Of a stretch of 64,000 bases of DNA, positions 60,727-64,000 are shown piece by piece. The stretch comes from Pseudomonadota bacterium (GTDB taxonomy: Bacteria; Campylobacterota; Campylobacteria; Campylobacterales; Sulfurimonadaceae): assembly GCA_043797085.1 (NCBI GenBank), contig JAZDQA010000009.1, positions 1-64,000 on the forward strand. The letters are read 5' to 3'. Position numbers and translations under genes: made by a program. The notes under the pieces were generated by a model. The model was not told where the DNA came from. It made no database searches and was given only the letters and a program-made list of their open reading frames with translations. Positions within the stretch are counted from its first letter, which is position 1; each line of letters starts with the position of its first letter.

Positions 60727-62091
60727 ATGAACACTATTGAAGAGCATCGTATTTGGCTTCGAGTCAAAGAGATTCTAAAAGATCGTCTCCACATTACGGA
60801 AGATAAAGCGGATGATGATGTGATTGATGAACGGATTCGCGGCGACATCTATATGAAAGGATCGAATCTCTGGATTTTGATGTTTGCCATTCTCATTGCA
60901 TCCATCGGTTTGAACGTAAACTCTACCGCCGTCATCATAGGTGCAATGTTAATCTCTCCTCTTATGGGACCGATTATGGGGATCGGATACGGTGCCGGTA
61001 TTAACGACTTTGCCCTCATTCGCCGCGCTTTTAAAAATTTAGCCATTGCAACTTTAATCGCTCTTTTGACTTCTACTCTCTATTTCTGGATCTCACCTCT
61101 CGATACGGCTCAATCCGAATTATTAGCACGCACAACGCCTACCGTCTGGGATGTACTAATAGGACTTTTCGGCGGATTAGCCGGGATCGTTGCCGTGACA
61201 CGAAAAGAAAAAACCAATGTTATCCCCGGTGTTGCGATCGCAACAGCCCTCATGCCTCCATTATGTACCGCCGGATTTGGTCTTGCAACAGGGCATTGGA
61301 GCTATTTTTTCGGAGCATTTTATCTTTATACGATTAATTTTGTATTTATTGCTTTATCCGCATTTTTCATCGTTCGCGTTATTCATATTGCAGAAAAAAA
61401 ATACGTTGATCCTGCTGTTGCAAAACGGGCACAGCGCTATATCGTCGCGATAGCGATTGCTACAATGCTTCCAAGCTCGTATCTGGCGTATCAACTGGTA
61501 GGCGAAGAAGTATTCAAAGCCAAAGCTTCCACCTTTGTAAATGAGAATCTTAATTTTGTCAAAACCAACGTTGCTCAGGTAAAAATCGATCCAAAAACGT
61601 ATGAAATAAAAGTCTTTTTAATCGGAGAGCATATTCCTGAAAATAAACTCAATGATATCAGTATCCGTATGGCAAAGGCGGGATTAGCAAAGGCACAGCT
61701 AAAAGTGTATCAAAACGGTGAGCGTGATGATGTCGATATCTCCACGCTTAAAGCGGATATTGTGACCGATTTATATAAAAATGCTCAAACAAAACTCGAA
61801 GTGAAAGAAAAAGAGATTTCACAATTAAAAGAGCATCTCCAAGCAACCTCTGCCCATAAAGATCTTTACCGTGCCATTCCCGATGAGTTACAGACACTGT
61901 TTCCTAAAATAACAAAGTGTGTTCTCTCAGAAACGTACAGTTCAAATACCACGGATCAGAATATGAGCATCAATCATCTTATACTTAACGTTGAGGTCAA
62001 GAAAGCTTTAACGAAAAATGAGCGGGATGTGATCGAAAAATGGCTCAAGAAGCGCACTGACAACAAAAATGTGACTATCTTTTTTCTATAA
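60727..62091 (+). CDS. DUF389/TIGR00341 family membrane protein
   Basis: NSTAVIIGAMLISPLMGPI, PGVAIATALMPPL; start probably ATG at 60727 after AAAGGAG. Confidence 0.88.
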   Translation: MNTIEEHRIWLRVKEILKDRLHITEDKADDDVIDERIRGDIYMKGSNLWILMFAILIASIGLNVNSTAVIIGAMLISPLMGPIMGIGYGAGINDFALIRRAFKNLAIATLIALLTSTLYFWISPLDTAQSELLARTTPTVWDVLIGLFGGLAGIVAVTRKEKTNVIPGVAIATALMPPLCTAGFGLATGHWSYFFGAFYLYTINFVFIALSAFFIVRVIHIAEKKYVDPAVAKRAQRYIVAIAIATMLPSSYLAYQLVGEEVFKAKASTFVNENLNFVKTNVAQVKIDPKTYEIKVFLIGEHIPENKLNDISIRMAKAGLAKAQLKVYQNGERDDVDISTLKADIVTDLYKNAQTKLEVKEKEISQLKEHLQATSAHKDLYRAIPDELQTLFPKITKCVLSETYSSNTTDQNMSINHLILNVEVKKALTKNERDVIEKWLKKRTDNKNVTIFFL

Positions 62092-62200
62092 AAAAGTGCA
62101 TTTACCGATTGTTTACTAAACAGTTATAGTATATATTTATTGGATATCAAGAGCAGGGTATCCGGTATTTTTTTCATTTGTAAAACTCCTTAAATAACAT

Positions 62201-62229
62201 TCTTCTCTTCTTCAGCAGTGAAGAGAAGA
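62201..62229. terminator. Hairpin downstream of rnhA
   Basis: TCTTCTCTTC...GAAGAGAAGA. Confidence 0.55.
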
Positions 62230-62264
62230 CTTATTTCTTACTTCTTACCTTCAATCAAATCCCA

Positions 62265-63014
62265 TCATCCCGCTTGAAGGGCAATGACATGATCAACATT
62301 CTCATAGGTATATTCCAGAAAAATATTATTTCCTTTTGATGCCGCAATGACGGCCATTCTATCCGCAAGTTCATTCCCCTCAACTCCGGCATGTCCTCGA
62401 ACATGTGAGATAATAACTTTCTCTTTGATGCCGTCATAAAGGGCATGCGCGGTTTTGATCAGATCGAGATTTTTAATCTCTCCTCCTTGTTTGGTCCAGC
62501 CCTTCGCTTTCCATCCGTATGCCCAATTCACCACACACTCGATACTGTATTTGGAATCCGATAAAATCGCCACCTTGTCATGCTGGGCTTCAACTGCAAG
62601 CTCAAGCGCTTTTAGCAAAGCTTTTAATTCTGCGGTATTATTGGTTCCGATGACATCCGCCCCACCGTACATGAGAACCGGTTTCTTTTCATCTTCATAG
62701 ATAGCCAATCCGCTTCCTGCTTTTCCGGGATTTCCAGAACATGCTCCGTCACAATAGATACGCAAACGAATGCCGTCCGTTGAGACTGATGGAGCATCAC
62801 TCTTGGACGCATTACTCGTTTTTTTCTTTGGTGCTGTCTTTGCGGCTCTTGTTGTTAAAGCGTTTGATCCAAAAGCTTCTTCGGCTTCATCTTTAGTCTT
62901 ATAGCTTTTATAGACAGCTCCTGCGAATTTATCGACCTGTCGTAAACACTCCGCCCATGTTGTGTAGATTCCGGGATTTCTTCCTTGCTTAACTACGTAA
63001 AATTTATCTGCCAT
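62265..63014 (-). CDS. rnhA: Ribonuclease HI with N-terminal hybrid-binding domain
   Basis: KFYVVKQGRNPGIYTTW hybrid-binding domain; YCDGACSGNPG, TNNTAEL, SDS, GHAGVEGNELAD. Confidence 0.93.
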   Translation of the reverse strand: MADKFYVVKQGRNPGIYTTWAECLRQVDKFAGAVYKSYKTKDEAEEAFGSNALTTRAAKTAPKKKTSNASKSDAPSVSTDGIRLRIYCDGACSGNPGKAGSGLAIYEDEKKPVLMYGGADVIGTNNTAELKALLKALELAVEAQHDKVAILSDSKYSIECVVNWAYGWKAKGWTKQGGEIKNLDLIKTAHALYDGIKEKVIISHVRGHAGVEGNELADRMAVIAASKGNNIFLEYTYENVDHVIALQAG

Positions 63015-63055
63015 TTTAGTATTCCTTATCTATCATAATGTATCAAAAGTCTTAA

Positions 63056-63190
63056 CTGACCTTTCACACATTGAGGGGTTTTTTTGAAAATTCAAAAATA
63101 CATACGCTAAATGATGTAAACTAAAAGCACCACCGTTTCATAACGAATGAAGTTTAGAGTTGAATTTTCAAAAAAATCCCTCAATGTGTT
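63056..63190. mobile_element. MITE-like element, copy 2
   Basis: ACACATTGAGGGGTTTTTTTGAAAATTCAA ... TTGAATTTTCAAAAAAATCCCTCAATGTGT; core shared with copy 1. Confidence 0.7.
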
Positions 63191-63218
63191 TATCAAATCT
63201 TAACGAATTCTGTATGCA

Positions 63219-64000
63219 TCACCCCCGCACAAACAACGCTTTAATCTCCTCATTCTCCATCGAAGCCAGACCTTTTTCACCCACGCTTACACTCATTTCA
63301 CCCATGGCAGTTTTTGCTTTGATCATTTTATCGATCTTCTCCTCAAAGCTGTTTTTGGTAATGAAGCGATAAACAAAAACATTATTCTTTTGTCCGATAC
63401 GAAACGCCCTGTCGGTAGCTTGATTTTCCACGGCGGGATTGAACCACAGATCATAGTGAATGACGTTGGCGGCTGACGTTAGGTTGAGCCCTACCCCTCC
63501 TGCTTTGAGGGAGAGAATCAGAACTTGTTTTTCGGGGTCGTTTTGAAACGATGAAACGATCTCTTCGCGTTGTTTACTGCTAAGCGATCCATCGAAAGTC
63601 AAGGGTTCCACAAAGAATTTCTCTTCAATAATCTGTGCTAAGATGTTCAGCATTTCTACGTATTGCGTAAAGATAAGAACTTTTTCTCCCTTGGCAATCA
63701 TAGGCTCCAGCAAGGTCAGAAGCAACTCGCTTTTTCCGCTCAGCGCTGCATCATAAGGAGAGGTTTTATCATAATTTCGGGGATGATTACAGATTTGTTT
63801 AAGCTCTGTAATGAGTTTAAAAATGAGTCCGGAACGGCTTTGCGGTTCATCTTGTGTTTCGAGATTTTTCATGGCACCATCGACGACACTTTGATACAGT
63901 GCCGCTTGTTCAGGAACCAGTGTCGCATACTCATCGATTACGATCTTATCGGGAAGATCATCGATGATACTTTTGTCCGTTTTTAGGCGACGAAGCATAA
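63219..64000 (-). CDS. SNF2-family helicase, C-terminal part (runs off window end)
   Basis: LRRLK, LKQICNHP, SLKAGGVGLNLT, WFNPAVENQATDRAFRIGQ. Confidence 0.93.
   Translation of the reverse strand, partial: MLRRLKTDKSIIDDLPDKIVIDEYATLVPEQAALYQSVVDGAMKNLETQDEPQSRSGLIFKLITELKQICNHPRNYDKTSPYDAALSGKSELLLTLLEPMIAKGEKVLIFTQYVEMLNILAQIIEEKFFVEPLTFDGSLSSKQREEIVSSFQNDPEKQVLILSLKAGGVGLNLTSAANVIHYDLWFNPAVENQATDRAFRIGQKNNVFVYRFITKNSFEEKIDKMIKAKTAMGEMSVSVGEKGLASMENEEIKALFVRG

Overview
Chromosomal window from a Campylobacterota (epsilonproteobacterial) bacterium, probably Sulfuricurvum/Sulfurimonas-like; this is inferred from gene order and protein style. It is mostly housekeeping: flagellin 5' end, topA, bioB, msrA, metH, rarA, purN, thiG, five tRNAs, rlmN, hisF, rsmA, rnj, thyX, thrS-infC-rpmI-rplT and rnhA. 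Accessory blocks are interspersed. (1) A ~13 kb all-cytoplasmic F9-like chemosensory operon contains a double-headed MCP, a triple CheW, a stand-alone PAS protein, two CheW adaptors each split by an intact zinc-binding CZB domain, a STAS-like protein and ParA. (2) A THI5/NMT1-sensor diguanylate cyclase is coupled to a Tsx-like porin and followed by a sensor-deleted paralogue. (3) There is a lone AT-rich HEPN-motif gene. (4) A BON/stress/transport block carries short gene-fragment scars. The non-coding DNA holds a four-copy structured element with covarying stems, always just 3' of a stop codon on the sense strand, and two copies of a ~140 bp MITE-like element. Several small ORFs missing from the ORF track were also found. 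All calls come from reading the sequence; no searches were run.
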